Of a stretch of DNA of 64,000 nucleotides, positions 38,037-47,676 are shown piece by piece (positions within the stretch are counted from its first letter, which is position 1; the number at the start of each line of letters is the position of its first letter). The stretch lies in IMG/VR virus record IMGVR_UViG_3300032285_001531. The stretch is one strand, 5' to 3'. Source of the stretch: a virus. Its lineage: Duplodnaviria; Caudoviricetes. The notes under the pieces were generated by a model. The model was given only the letters and a program-made list of their open reading frames with translations, searched no databases and was not told the origin of the DNA. The position numbers and the translations under genes were made by a program.

Positions 38037-41000
38037 ATGGCATTATCATCACCAGGCGTAGAAGTAACGATTATAGATCAAAGCAATTACTTGCCAGCCA
38101 CATCTAATTCTGTACCGCTAATCGTTTTAGCTACAGCTAAGAATAAAGCAAATGCAGCAGGAACAGCAGTTGCATCTGGAACTACTGCAGCGAATGCAGG
38201 AAAAGCATTTATCGTTACAAGTCAAAAAGATATTGTAGCACTATACGGAAACCCATTCTTTTATAAGACAACAAGCGGTACTCCGATCCAAGGATATGAA
38301 CTTAATGAATATGGCTTATTAGCTGCGTATTCATTATTAGAAACAACAAACCGTTGCTACGTACTACGTGCTGATATTGACCTAGCAAGTTTAGTTGGTC
38401 AAATAGGTCGTCCAAAGGGTAACCCAGCGGATGGTACATATTGGTTAGACACAACTACTACTAACTGGGGCATCTATGAATTCAATTCAGTTACTGGTAA
38501 ATTCAGTCTAAAGACTCCAATCGTTATTACTAATAGTGTTGATTTAGCAGGTGGTTATCCACTACAAAGCTTAGGTAATGTAGGTAGCTATGCAGTTAAT
38601 GCAATTGATCCAGTAGTAGTAGATCCATTAAACAACAGCATGTACTTCTTTAAGAATAGTGATAATATTTGGGTACAGTTAGGTGCTAAAGAATGGAAAC
38701 AATCTATTCCTGCAATCGTAGGAACAAATTCTAATCCAACATTAACTGCAGGTCAGACATTTACTATTACAACATACGGTGCTTTAGGAAATTACGCATT
38801 AACAGTAACAGTTCCTTCTTCACCTAATAACACTGTTTCTGGTGTTGCAGCAGCAATTAATAATAGAGGTTTAGGTGACATTCAAGCAAGTATAATTAAT
38901 GGAAAATTAAATATATTCTATTCAGTAGCTTCTGATATTGCATATCAACCTTATTTGGAACTTAGTTCAACTGATACTGTATTAACAGATTTAGGTATGA
39001 CTGCGGGTGTTAAATATTATCCTCCGCAAGTAGTTAATGGCTCAAGCGCACAAATGCCATTATGGACAACTGGACAAAACACCCCACACCCTACTGGTTC
39101 TGTTTGGATTAAATCTTCTATCGTTGGTAATGGCATGAATTTACTATTATCAAAATTTAACACAGCATCGGCTGCGTTTGTGCAAAAACCGGTATCAGTT
39201 TATAGAAATATAAGTAATGCAACAGCTACTATAGACTCAACTGGTGGTAAAAATATCACTGCCGGCACAACAGTAGCAGTGTTTGATTCACCTAGTGAAT
39301 CAAATGAATTTTGCAATAACGTATATTTCTATGAAAGACTTGCTACTGGACCAACAGTAGTTAAAGGTACTGTAAAAAATCCAACATTACCTAACTCAGC
39401 ACAAATTTATGTTTTTGTAAGTACTCCTCGTTTAGGAATAACAACTAATAGTACATTATATACAGTTACATTACCTTCTGCAGGAACTGTGGGAGCAACA
39501 GAATTCTGTACAGCGTGGTCAGCTACTAACATTCCTAACACAACAGCGACAGTTGCTACTGATGGTTCTATTGCATTAACTCATACGTTAGGTGGAGAGA
39601 TTGCAATGTATGTACCATTCGGAAATAATTCATATCAGACAACATTGACTGATGCAGGATTAACCGCGGCAACAAATAGTTCTATAGCTAATTTTGCAAT
39701 TACCAGACAAGAGTTCACTGGTGTATCACAATATAGTACAACAGGTGCAGGATCAGGTGCTGTGTTTAATGTAGTTATTGCTCTCAACAATTATACTGTA
39801 TCTTCAATCGTTTCTGGTGGTAGTGGATACCAAGTAGGTGATAAGATAACATTAGCAGGAGCAAGCTTCGGTGGTGCTACACCAAACAACAACTTTGTAT
39901 TTGAAGTTATGTCAGTTTCAACAGGAAATGCAATTACATCAGTTGCACATGTATCAGGTGGCCTAAATATAGGATACTATAATTTAGTATCTAACTGGAA
40001 GCAAATTACATATGTTGCAAACGAAGGCGCACCGTTTACAAACCCATTAGAAAATACTAATTGGTATTACAGTGCTATTGACCAAGTTGACATTATGATC
40101 AACCAAGGTGGTATTTGGAAAGGTTACAGAGAAGTAAATTACGACTCAAACGGTCATCCAATCACTACAGGAACAAATGCAACTGATCCTAATGGTCCAA
40201 TCATTTCAGCAACAACACCAACTGCACAAAGCGATGGTACAGTTTTAGTGTATGGTGATTTATGGATTGATACAAGTGACTTAGAAAACTATCCATTAAT
40301 CAATCGTTGGCAGTTAGCTGACGGTGTTGATCAATGGGTAAGATTAGATAACACAGATCAAGTAACATCAAATGGTGTCTTGTTTGCTGATGCACGTTGG
40401 GCAGATAACAACGAAACAGATCCAGTAAGCGATCCGTTCCCAACAATCAAGTCATTATTAATAAGTAACTACTTAGATTTAGATGCTCCTTCAGGAGTTG
40501 ATCACCCACAAGGTATGTTACTATGGAACACACGCCGTTCAGGTTACAATGTAAAACAATTCAGAGGCAACTACTTCAACGGTATTAGCTTCCCTGATCA
40601 AACATTGCCTTTCGTAAAGAATGCATGGGTAAGCGTAAGTGGATTAAAGACAGATGGTTCACCATACATGGGTCGTAAAGCACAAAGAGCAATGGTAGTT
40701 AAATCACTAAAATCAGTAATTTCTACTAACATGACTGTTCGTGAAGAAGATAACTATTTCAACATGATTGCTTGCCCAGGTTATCCAGAACTACAACCTG
40801 AAATGGTAGGACTAAACAATGCTAGAAACAACACAGCATATATCATTGGTGACACACCATTCAGATTACCTGATGATGCTACTGCAATTCAAAATTGGGC
40901 TACTAATGCAGCAGGTGCAGCAGCTACAGGCGAAGATGGATTAGTAACACGTAATGAGTACATGGGATTATTCTACCCAAGTGGTATCAGTACTGACTTA

Positions 41001-41630
41001 ACAGGTGCTGCGGTTGCAGTTCCACCAAGTCATATGATTCTACGTACATTCTTACGTAACGATACAATCGCTTATCCTTGGTTAGCTCCAGCTGGTACAA
41101 AGCGTGGTACAATTGACAATGCTACAAACATTGGTTACATTGATGGTATGAGTGGTGAGTTCGTAACTATTAAGAATCGTGTAGGTATTCGTGATGTATT
41201 ATATACTAATCAAATCAACCCAATCGCATTCTTTACAAATGTTGGTTTCTTAAACTATGGTAATAAGAGTAGTAAAGATACTGGAACCGCACTAGACAGA
41301 ATTAACGTAGGTCGTTTAGTTGCTTATATTCGTGAAAAACTACAAACTTCAGTGCGTCCGTTCGTATTTGAACCAAACGATGCTAAGACTAGAAGTGAAA
41401 TTACTGGTGTTGTTCAAACATTGTTTGTTGACTTAGTTGCTAAGAGAGGTTTATATGATTACCTAGTTGTTTGTGATGGTACAAACAATACTCCTGCAGT
41501 TATTGACAGAAGCGAATTGAGAATTGACATTGCTATTGAACCAGTAAAAGCGGCAGAGTTCATTTATATCCCTGTTCGTGTCTTGAATACAGGTGAAATA
41601 GCACAAAGAGGAAATCAAGTATTCGCTTAA
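38037..41630 (+). CDS. gp18: Tail sheath protein with large insertions (1197 aa)
   Basis: LSSPGVEVTIID, FYKT...ELNEYGLLAAY, WLAPAGTKRG, DRINVGRL, FEPNDAKTR, KAAEFIYIP. Confidence 0.92.
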   Translation: MALSSPGVEVTIIDQSNYLPATSNSVPLIVLATAKNKANAAGTAVASGTTAANAGKAFIVTSQKDIVALYGNPFFYKTTSGTPIQGYELNEYGLLAAYSLLETTNRCYVLRADIDLASLVGQIGRPKGNPADGTYWLDTTTTNWGIYEFNSVTGKFSLKTPIVITNSVDLAGGYPLQSLGNVGSYAVNAIDPVVVDPLNNSMYFFKNSDNIWVQLGAKEWKQSIPAIVGTNSNPTLTAGQTFTITTYGALGNYALTVTVPSSPNNTVSGVAAAINNRGLGDIQASIINGKLNIFYSVASDIAYQPYLELSSTDTVLTDLGMTAGVKYYPPQVVNGSSAQMPLWTTGQNTPHPTGSVWIKSSIVGNGMNLLLSKFNTASAAFVQKPVSVYRNISNATATIDSTGGKNITAGTTVAVFDSPSESNEFCNNVYFYERLATGPTVVKGTVKNPTLPNSAQIYVFVSTPRLGITTNSTLYTVTLPSAGTVGATEFCTAWSATNIPNTTATVATDGSIALTHTLGGEIAMYVPFGNNSYQTTLTDAGLTAATNSSIANFAITRQEFTGVSQYSTTGAGSGAVFNVVIALNNYTVSSIVSGGSGYQVGDKITLAGASFGGATPNNNFVFEVMSVSTGNAITSVAHVSGGLNIGYYNLVSNWKQITYVANEGAPFTNPLENTNWYYSAIDQVDIMINQGGIWKGYREVNYDSNGHPITTGTNATDPNGPIISATTPTAQSDGTVLVYGDLWIDTSDLENYPLINRWQLADGVDQWVRLDNTDQVTSNGVLFADARWADNNETDPVSDPFPTIKSLLISNYLDLDAPSGVDHPQGMLLWNTRRSGYNVKQFRGNYFNGISFPDQTLPFVKNAWVSVSGLKTDGSPYMGRKAQRAMVVKSLKSVISTNMTVREEDNYFNMIACPGYPELQPEMVGLNNARNNTAYIIGDTPFRLPDDATAIQNWATNAAGAAATGEDGLVTRNEYMGLFYPSGISTDLTGAAVAVPPSHMILRTFLRNDTIAYPWLAPAGTKRGTIDNATNIGYIDGMSGEFVTIKNRVGIRDVLYTNQINPIAFFTNVGFLNYGNKSSKDTGTALDRINVGRLVAYIREKLQTSVRPFVFEPNDAKTRSEITGVVQTLFVDLVAKRGLYDYLVVCDGTNNTPAVIDRSELRIDIAIEPVKAAEFIYIPVRVLNTGEIAQRGNQVFA

Positions 41631-41640
41631 GCGGAAAACG

Positions 41641-41647
41641 ATAAATA
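41641..41647 (+). promoter_or_regulatory. T4-like late promoter core (A/C/T)TAAATA (representative copy)
   Basis: Recurs before mostly structural genes at 1313, 15288, 16304, 17730, 19872, 29389, 36068, 37975, 41641, 44310, 45161, 50215, 59141 and 60197, and on the minus strand upstream of 12007, 34105 and 37913. Confidence 0.75.
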
Positions 41648-41667
41648 ATATTAAGGAGATTTAAAAC

Positions 41668-42309
41668 ATGGCAACAGCATCACAATCACTGTTCAATATG
41701 TCTGTAGGGGCAGATAACACCCCAAGTACAGCAGCACTGTTGATGCCGAAATTACAATTCCGTTTTAGAGCGTTATTTCTAAACTTCGGAGTAGGCGGAG
41801 CTACTCAGGAATTGACAAGACAGGTTATAGACATTACACGTCCTCAGTTAACTTTCACTGAGATACCAATTGATATCTATAACAGTAAAATGTACCTGGC
41901 AGGTAAACATGACTGGGCAGCTACTACACTTAATCTACGTGATGATGCAACTGGTAAAGTTGCTTCATTAGTAGGTCAACAAATTCAGAAACAAATGGAC
42001 TTTGTTGAACAAGCAAGTGCAGCTACTGGACAAGATTATAAATTCCAACTCAACTACGAAGTACTTGACGGTGGTAACGGAACAGCTACTCCAACAGTAC
42101 TTGAGACTTGGGAGTTATATGGTTGCTTCATTCAATCAGTTAATTACAACAATATGAGTTATAGCGAAAGTAATGCTGCTACAATTCAACTTGTAGTTCG
42201 TTATGACAATGCAATTAGTTCACCACTAAGTTCTGGAATTGGTGTTGCAGTTGGTCGTGCATTAGGTGGTACTACAATTACTGGTATCGGTCGCGGTACT
42301 GCTGCTTAA
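41668..42309 (+). CDS. gp19: Tail tube protein
   Basis: Follows the sheath; PKLQFRFR, YLAGKHDW, WELYGCF, IQLVVRYDNA. Confidence 0.8.
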   Translation: MATASQSLFNMSVGADNTPSTAALLMPKLQFRFRALFLNFGVGGATQELTRQVIDITRPQLTFTEIPIDIYNSKMYLAGKHDWAATTLNLRDDATGKVASLVGQQIQKQMDFVEQASAATGQDYKFQLNYEVLDGGNGTATPTVLETWELYGCFIQSVNYNNMSYSESNAATIQLVVRYDNAISSPLSSGIGVAVGRALGGTTITGIGRGTAA

Positions 42310-42312
42310 TAG

Positions 42313-43497
42313 ATGGCTGGATTTTTTCAAAATCTATTAGGAGAAGATGTTCTCGGAGGATTCGTTGGTGGCTTGTTCGGCAACGATTATCTCCGAGATT
42401 TCCAACATGCTAGTCGTGTATTCAGAACAAATGGATACGCATATAGTCCTAAATTCAAGTTTCTATTTCATGTATACTTTGAGATAAACACAGATTTAAT
42501 TGGATTAAAAGCCCAGTTCCCTCAAGATGCACATTTTGGATTAGCAGTAAAATCAATATCACTTCCTGGATATAGTTTCAGTACATCAACACATAATCAA
42601 TATAATCGTAAAAGAATCGTACAAACTAAAATTAATTACGATGATGTAAACATTACTTTCCATGATGATAACGCAAACTTAATACGTAATCTATGGTATG
42701 CATACTATACATATTACTACAAAGATGCAACTAAACGTGCAAGTGATCCTAATACATCAGCATATAATCAACGTTCAGCCACAGATCCTTCATTCGTAGA
42801 CGAATATGCTACAAGCTATAAAGTTTATGATTATAATAGAAGAAATATATATGACCCTTCATTGATGCAAGATACTGACTGGGGTTATATTGGTGAAAGT
42901 AACTTAGACCAACAAACAGCATTGGGTGTTACTTTAGGAGCAAGTAAAGCTCCGTTCTTTAAATCAATTGAAATTTATGGATTTAATCAACATAGTTTTT
43001 CACAATACAAACTAATCAATCCAATGATTACATCATTTAAACATGATACATATGATTATAGTCAAGCAAATGGCACAATGCAACATTCTATGACACTAGC
43101 ATATGAAACTGTTAAATACAGTGAAGGTGCAATTGATGGCAATGCAATCATTAGTGGTGGAACTAGTAGAACAGCTAATGCAAGTGCTAGAGATTTTGGT
43201 CAAGATTACTATGACACAACTGTTAGTCCAATCTCAAGACCGGGTGCTAATTCAACCATATTAGGTCAAGGTGGTTTGATTGATGCAGTTGGTGGATTCT
43301 CAAAAGATTTGCAATCTGGAAATCTATTAGGAGCTATAACAACTGCAGGAAGAACATATAATACCTTCAAAAATGGTAATTTAAAGACAGCAGCACAGAA
43401 TGATATCAAATCAACAATTTATAATGCTGCTGCAGGGACACCAAATAGAAACACACCATTTAGTTTCCCTGGGAATAAAGTTAGCCCCTTTCAATAA
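42313..43497 (+). CDS. Tube-like baseplate protein (gp48/gp54-like)
   Basis: KSISLPGY, INYDDVNITFHDD, LINPMITSFKHD, LAYETVKY. Confidence 0.55.
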   Translation: MAGFFQNLLGEDVLGGFVGGLFGNDYLRDFQHASRVFRTNGYAYSPKFKFLFHVYFEINTDLIGLKAQFPQDAHFGLAVKSISLPGYSFSTSTHNQYNRKRIVQTKINYDDVNITFHDDNANLIRNLWYAYYTYYYKDATKRASDPNTSAYNQRSATDPSFVDEYATSYKVYDYNRRNIYDPSLMQDTDWGYIGESNLDQQTALGVTLGASKAPFFKSIEIYGFNQHSFSQYKLINPMITSFKHDTYDYSQANGTMQHSMTLAYETVKYSEGAIDGNAIISGGTSRTANASARDFGQDYYDTTVSPISRPGANSTILGQGGLIDAVGGFSKDLQSGNLLGAITTAGRTYNTFKNGNLKTAAQNDIKSTIYNAAAGTPNRNTPFSFPGNKVSPFQ

Positions 43498-43499
43498 TT

Positions 43500-43859
43500 A
43501 TGGCATTAATTGATTTTACAAGAACTGAATTAGACAACACTGTAAGACTTTTTGATAAGTTTTATGACAGTAAACTAACTGTTGGTGCAAATGAGTATGA
43601 TGTTATTTTCTCATATTTTGTATCTGTTTGCAAAACTACCAACGCAGCAGCAAACTTTACTTATATCTTATTTCGTATAGCAGCATTAACAAATGAACCT
43701 GTTGTAACATTACTTGGATATCTACAAGGTAAAACAGGAGTAGAAGTTAATAGTATCATGGCTTACTATTTGAATACGATTCAATCAAAAACGACATTGT
43801 ATGGTATAAGCAATGTTCCACTACCCAATCCTAGCGTACAACGTAACGTAATTATCTAA
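43500..43859 (+). CDS. Hypothetical protein
   Basis: Packed in the late operon. Confidence 0.6.
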   Translation: MALIDFTRTELDNTVRLFDKFYDSKLTVGANEYDVIFSYFVSVCKTTNAAANFTYILFRIAALTNEPVVTLLGYLQGKTGVEVNSIMAYYLNTIQSKTTLYGISNVPLPNPSVQRNVII

Positions 43860-43860
43860 A

Positions 43861-44313
43861 ATGGCTAACTTTGCACAAGGTGTCTACGAAATACGCAATC
43901 CAGAAAAATATGTAGGCGGTACTAAACCTAGATACAGATCAGGATGGGAATTTACTTTCATGCAATTCTGTGATAATAACAAGAGTGTTATTAAATGGGC
44001 AAGTGAAAGCATTAGAATTCCATATCGTCATCCATTAACAGGAAAGAACACAACATACGTTCCTGACTTCTTTATTATCTATGAAAACAAGTTCGGTCTT
44101 AAACGTGCTGAAATCGTAGAAATTAAACCAAAGAAACAAAGTCTTATAGAAAGTCGCACAGCTAGTGCAAGAGACAGAGCAATTGTAGCAATTAATCATG
44201 CTAAATGGCAAGCAGCTAATGCATACTGCAAAGCACAGGGATTGACCTTCAGAGTAATAAATGAGCAAGATTTGTTCGTTAACGGTAATCCAAATTACAA
44301 GAAAAAAAGATAA
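43861..44313 (+). CDS. gp4: Head-completion nuclease (T4 gp4-like, TnsA fold)
   Basis: NPEKYVG, YRSGWE, WASESIRIPY, YVPDF, EIKPKKQ, AKWQAA. Confidence 0.85.
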   Translation: MANFAQGVYEIRNPEKYVGGTKPRYRSGWEFTFMQFCDNNKSVIKWASESIRIPYRHPLTGKNTTYVPDFFIIYENKFGLKRAEIVEIKPKKQSLIESRTASARDRAIVAINHAKWQAANAYCKAQGLTFRVINEQDLFVNGNPNYKKKR

Positions 44314-44318
44314 ATATA

Positions 44319-44378
44319 AGTGTAGTTCGCGGATCTGGACAATCCCAACTACTCTAACGCTTAAAGGAGCAATCAGCA
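44319..44378 (+). promoter_or_regulatory. Structured leader of the HNH remnant
   Basis: GTAGTT/AACTAC and GGAT/ATCC stems, then GCT...AGC around the SD AAGGAG; ATAAATA at 44310-44316. Confidence 0.55.
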
Positions 44379-44680
44379 ATGATATTTATCAACAACAAAT
44401 ATACCAACTGGTATAATTCAATAATCAACAACGTTAAAAATAGAAATATAACCGGCTATACAGAAAAACATCATATCATACCTAGTTCTTTGGGTGGTGA
44501 TAATTCTAAAGAAAATATAGTTTCCTTAACTGCAAGAGAGCATTTTGTATGTCACTTACTGCTGTATTTGAACTGGTGGACATTGGTATGAATGTAAGAC
44601 AAATCGCATTAAATTTGGGCATATCCTGGGACAGAGTAAAATACATTTTAGACAACCGATCCAGAATAAATAATATATGA
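44379..44680 (+). pseudogene. Decayed HNH homing endonuclease (internal deletion/frameshift)
   Basis: Frame 1 encodes EKHHIIPSSLGGDNSKENIVSLTAREHFVCHLLL and stops at 44591. Another frame encodes an HTH-like MNVRQIALNLGISWDRVKYIL and stops at TGA 44678-44680, overlapping the next ATG. Confidence 0.75.
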
Positions 44681-45168
44681 CAAAAAAATTATCAGAATTA
44701 TTTAACTTACCACTAGATTCCGAAGATGAGGATTTAACAAGTCCTATTTCAGAAATCGGAGATGAAATTACTACCACCGCATACACTAATTTGGAACGTA
44801 TAGAAGCTGCGTTACCTCAGGTGAGGGGACTAGAAATGGCTGATATTGAATTAGATGAACTAGCGACACTAGCTAAAGAAAGTTTCAATGATTTAAGCGA
44901 TTTAGCAATGCAAGTGGATAGCAGGTTTGCAAGTGAAATATTTAATGCAGCAAGTAGTATGCTAGGTCATGCTATCACAGCTAAAACAGCTAAGATTAAC
45001 AAGAAACTAAAAATGATTGATTTGCAGCTTAAAAAAGCAGCATTGGATCACAAGATGACGGAAAAAACTAAAGAGATTGAAGCTACTCCGTTGGGTGAAG
45101 GACAGGTCCTAGATAGAACGGAACTGCTCAAAGCCATAATTAGTAAAAATACCAATAATGATAAATAA
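44677..45168 (+). CDS. Probable terminase small subunit (gp16-like)
   Basis: Helical core LATLAKESFNDLSDLAMQVDSRFASEIFNAASSML...KKLKMIDLQLKK; next to the gp4-like gene. Confidence 0.45.
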   Translation: MTKKLSELFNLPLDSEDEDLTSPISEIGDEITTTAYTNLERIEAALPQVRGLEMADIELDELATLAKESFNDLSDLAMQVDSRFASEIFNAASSMLGHAITAKTAKINKKLKMIDLQLKKAALDHKMTEKTKEIEATPLGEGQVLDRTELLKAIISKNTNNDK

Positions 45169-45186
45169 TATTAATAGGAATAAACC

Positions 45187-45783
45187 ATGAAAACCTTTCG
45201 CCACTATCTAGCAGAAAGTGTACGTACATATCGTTACACTATCAAAATCGCAGGAGATATCGACAAGAACTTTGTTGATATGTTTAAGTACAACCTGACA
45301 AAATTCGATCCTGTAAGTATCAGCGATCCGAAAAGCACCCCAATTCAGAAAGACCCATATGGGTTCCCTGACTTGCACAATCAAGCAATTCATGTGTTCA
45401 AAGCAGAATTTAAATATCCTGCAACTGAACCAATGATTCAGCAAATTGTACAGTTATTGGGCAAGAATATTAATGCAGTTCGTGTAGTCACCACTGATTA
45501 TGACGAAAGCGTTAATAAAGAAGGTGAACAATACGAGAATGAAATTTCACATAGTCCAATATTATTACATGGTGAATTAGAAGATAATGGCAAAGAAGCA
45601 AGTAAAGATTATGCTAATCAATATCTAGACAAAGTAGTTCCAAAGAAGCCAACATTTGATTATAAATTTGATGCACCTAAAACTCCAGATGCAAAGAATA
45701 CTTCTAAAGAAAATATCGGTACAACTAGTCCAATGACAAATGTAAAACGTCAACCAAAACCAAGCACCGGAGCACACAAATAA
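45187..45783 (+). CDS. Probable head/prohead protein with T4-like capsid-targeting N-terminus
   Basis: MKTFRHYLAE ~ T4 internal-protein CTS MKTYQEFIAE; ATAAATA at 45161-45167. Confidence 0.55.
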   Translation: MKTFRHYLAESVRTYRYTIKIAGDIDKNFVDMFKYNLTKFDPVSISDPKSTPIQKDPYGFPDLHNQAIHVFKAEFKYPATEPMIQQIVQLLGKNINAVRVVTTDYDESVNKEGEQYENEISHSPILLHGELEDNGKEASKDYANQYLDKVVPKKPTFDYKFDAPKTPDAKNTSKENIGTTSPMTNVKRQPKPSTGAHK

Positions 45784-45784
45784 A

Positions 45785-46003
45785 ATGATAGACTTTACTA
45801 CAAGTCAGTTGACATGGATAGTTGTTGGCGCTTGCAGCTTAGGCGGCGGTGGCTACCTAACTATGAATTCAAGCATTGCAAGTTTAGATAAAAAGATTGA
45901 AGTATCTAATATCAGAGCAGAAGCTACCCAAGAGAAAATTTCTTTATTACAAGCTCAGTTAGATAGAATCGAAAACAAGTTAGATTCTAGAGGTAGTAGA
46001 TAA
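45785..46003 (+). CDS. Small single-TM coiled-coil protein
   Basis: LTWIVVGACSLGGGGYLTM followed by a heptad-rich helix. Confidence 0.6.
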   Translation: MIDFTTSQLTWIVVGACSLGGGGYLTMNSSIASLDKKIEVSNIRAEATQEKISLLQAQLDRIENKLDSRGSR

Positions 46004-47658
46004 TGAAGGCCAAAGATATTATTACTGAATGGACAGATCCTCAGGATATGATTCTTGGACCTAGAGGTCGCCCTGGTGCAGAAATGGGACCTGGTAGTTA
46101 CGGAGGTGGAGGATTCACCGGAGGCAGAGGAAGAACTGCAATAGGTCCAGGTACAGCAGAAGTTATTCCTGTTACACGAAGCACTAGAGGACAGACATTT
46201 AAAGATTTAAATCCAACGGATCTTAAGACTACAAATAACTCTATTTTATCAAAGATTAAAGATTTAGTAAGTAAGCCAGGTAAAGAAGTACCTGCTAATA
46301 AAAAAATAGAACCTACATTTGTAGATAATGTAAAACAAATTAGTGGTTCATCTAGAGAAGTTAAACCTACAACCCCAAACAGTGCAACTACAACTCAAAC
46401 TGTTTCAGGTAAAGTACAAAAACCAAAAATTGAAATTAAACCAGGTGAAACACCAAAAGATGCTGTCAATCGTGCCCAAGCAGAATTAAAAAGTAAACAA
46501 AATAAGCCATTAAGTAAAGAAGCACAAAAATATAAACAAGAACAAGAAAAATGGAAAGATTGGGCTGATAAGAATAAAGAAACTAAAACTGAAAAATCTT
46601 CAGACAAAAATTCTAATAAATCTAATAAAATAGAACCAACTTCAAATAGAGTTGCTGATAAAACTAATAAAAATCAAAATAGAGAAGAACCTAGTTTCAC
46701 TAGTGACAAAAAAGTGTCATTGAATCCTAATAAGAAAAAAAATAAAGGTAATCAAAATAGTGATACAAGTAATCTAAAAGCATCACCTGCAGAAAAAAAA
46801 GCATTAAAAGCAGCGGCTCTTCCGATGGCGACAGCTATTGCATTAGGTGCGAAAGGTTACTATGATTCAGTTAAGGGTGATGAAGATACCAAAGATAATT
46901 CATCAAAGCCAGAAGATAAGCCAGCAGATAATTCAACAGATAATTCAACAGATAAGCCAGCAGATAATACAGCAGATAATACAGCAGATAATACAGCTAA
47001 ACCGGCTGATACAGATTCATCTTCAAATAACTCTGCGGATAAATCAGCAGATAGTTCATCAAAGCCAGCAGATAGTTCATCAAAGCCGGCGGATAACAGT
47101 ATATCTAAACCGGCTGATAGTAATTCATCTTCAGCTAACTCAGCAAGTAATAATGCTAATGCAGGGAGAGCAGTACGTTCAAAAACTAGGGTATCATCGG
47201 ATAACTTAAATAAACCTACAGGTGGTGAACTAGCTGATCTTATGAGATTAGCTGGGAATGATAAATCTTCTTCTAGTAATAAAGCTATAGACCCAGTTGA
47301 TACAGTTAAACCTATCGAAGTAGCTCCTGATATTGAACTATCAAACACTGATAATGTAATATCTAAACCATCAAGACCAGGTGAATACGATCAAACTGAC
47401 AAAGGCTTATTAGGCGGTACTATTAAATATCGTACTGACAGTGAAGGTAGACATTGGATAGCAAATCCTCAAAAACAAGGTCCAGCATTACAGAATCTTA
47501 ATAGAGGTGCCCCAGATGAAGTTCCGTATGTAACATCAGGACAAGTTAGTGATGTTGTTGATAGAGCGAAATCAGGTGTTAAAAGTATTTTAGGAATGAA
47601 CGAAAGTGTTGAAGCTAATCAAGCTTTATCAACAATTAAACGTTTATCAAGACAATAG
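46003..47658 (+). CDS. Low-complexity probable internal head/ejection protein
   Basis: K-rich N-half, one hydrophobic stretch, then ADN/SS tandem repeats. Confidence 0.55.
   Translation: MKAKDIITEWTDPQDMILGPRGRPGAEMGPGSYGGGGFTGGRGRTAIGPGTAEVIPVTRSTRGQTFKDLNPTDLKTTNNSILSKIKDLVSKPGKEVPANKKIEPTFVDNVKQISGSSREVKPTTPNSATTTQTVSGKVQKPKIEIKPGETPKDAVNRAQAELKSKQNKPLSKEAQKYKQEQEKWKDWADKNKETKTEKSSDKNSNKSNKIEPTSNRVADKTNKNQNREEPSFTSDKKVSLNPNKKKNKGNQNSDTSNLKASPAEKKALKAAALPMATAIALGAKGYYDSVKGDEDTKDNSSKPEDKPADNSTDNSTDKPADNTADNTADNTAKPADTDSSSNNSADKSADSSSKPADSSSKPADNSISKPADSNSSSANSASNNANAGRAVRSKTRVSSDNLNKPTGGELADLMRLAGNDKSSSSNKAIDPVDTVKPIEVAPDIELSNTDNVISKPSRPGEYDQTDKGLLGGTIKYRTDSEGRHWIANPQKQGPALQNLNRGAPDEVPYVTSGQVSDVVDRAKSGVKSILGMNESVEANQALSTIKRLSRQ
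46922..47120 (+). repeat. In-frame tandem repeats (12 nt and 21 nt)
   Basis: CAGATAATTCAA x2 (46925-46948), CAGCAGATAATA x3 (46958-46993), CAGCAGATAGTTCATCAAAGC x2 (47045-47086). Confidence 0.9.
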
Positions 47659-47676
47659 GAATTAAGGAGTAATATT

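Noticed and set aside
46922-47120. CRISPR-like or non-coding repeat array
   Set aside because: Units are adjacent, multiples of three, in frame and have no spacers. The 46847-47209 and 46860-47348 ORFs are alternative-frame by-products.
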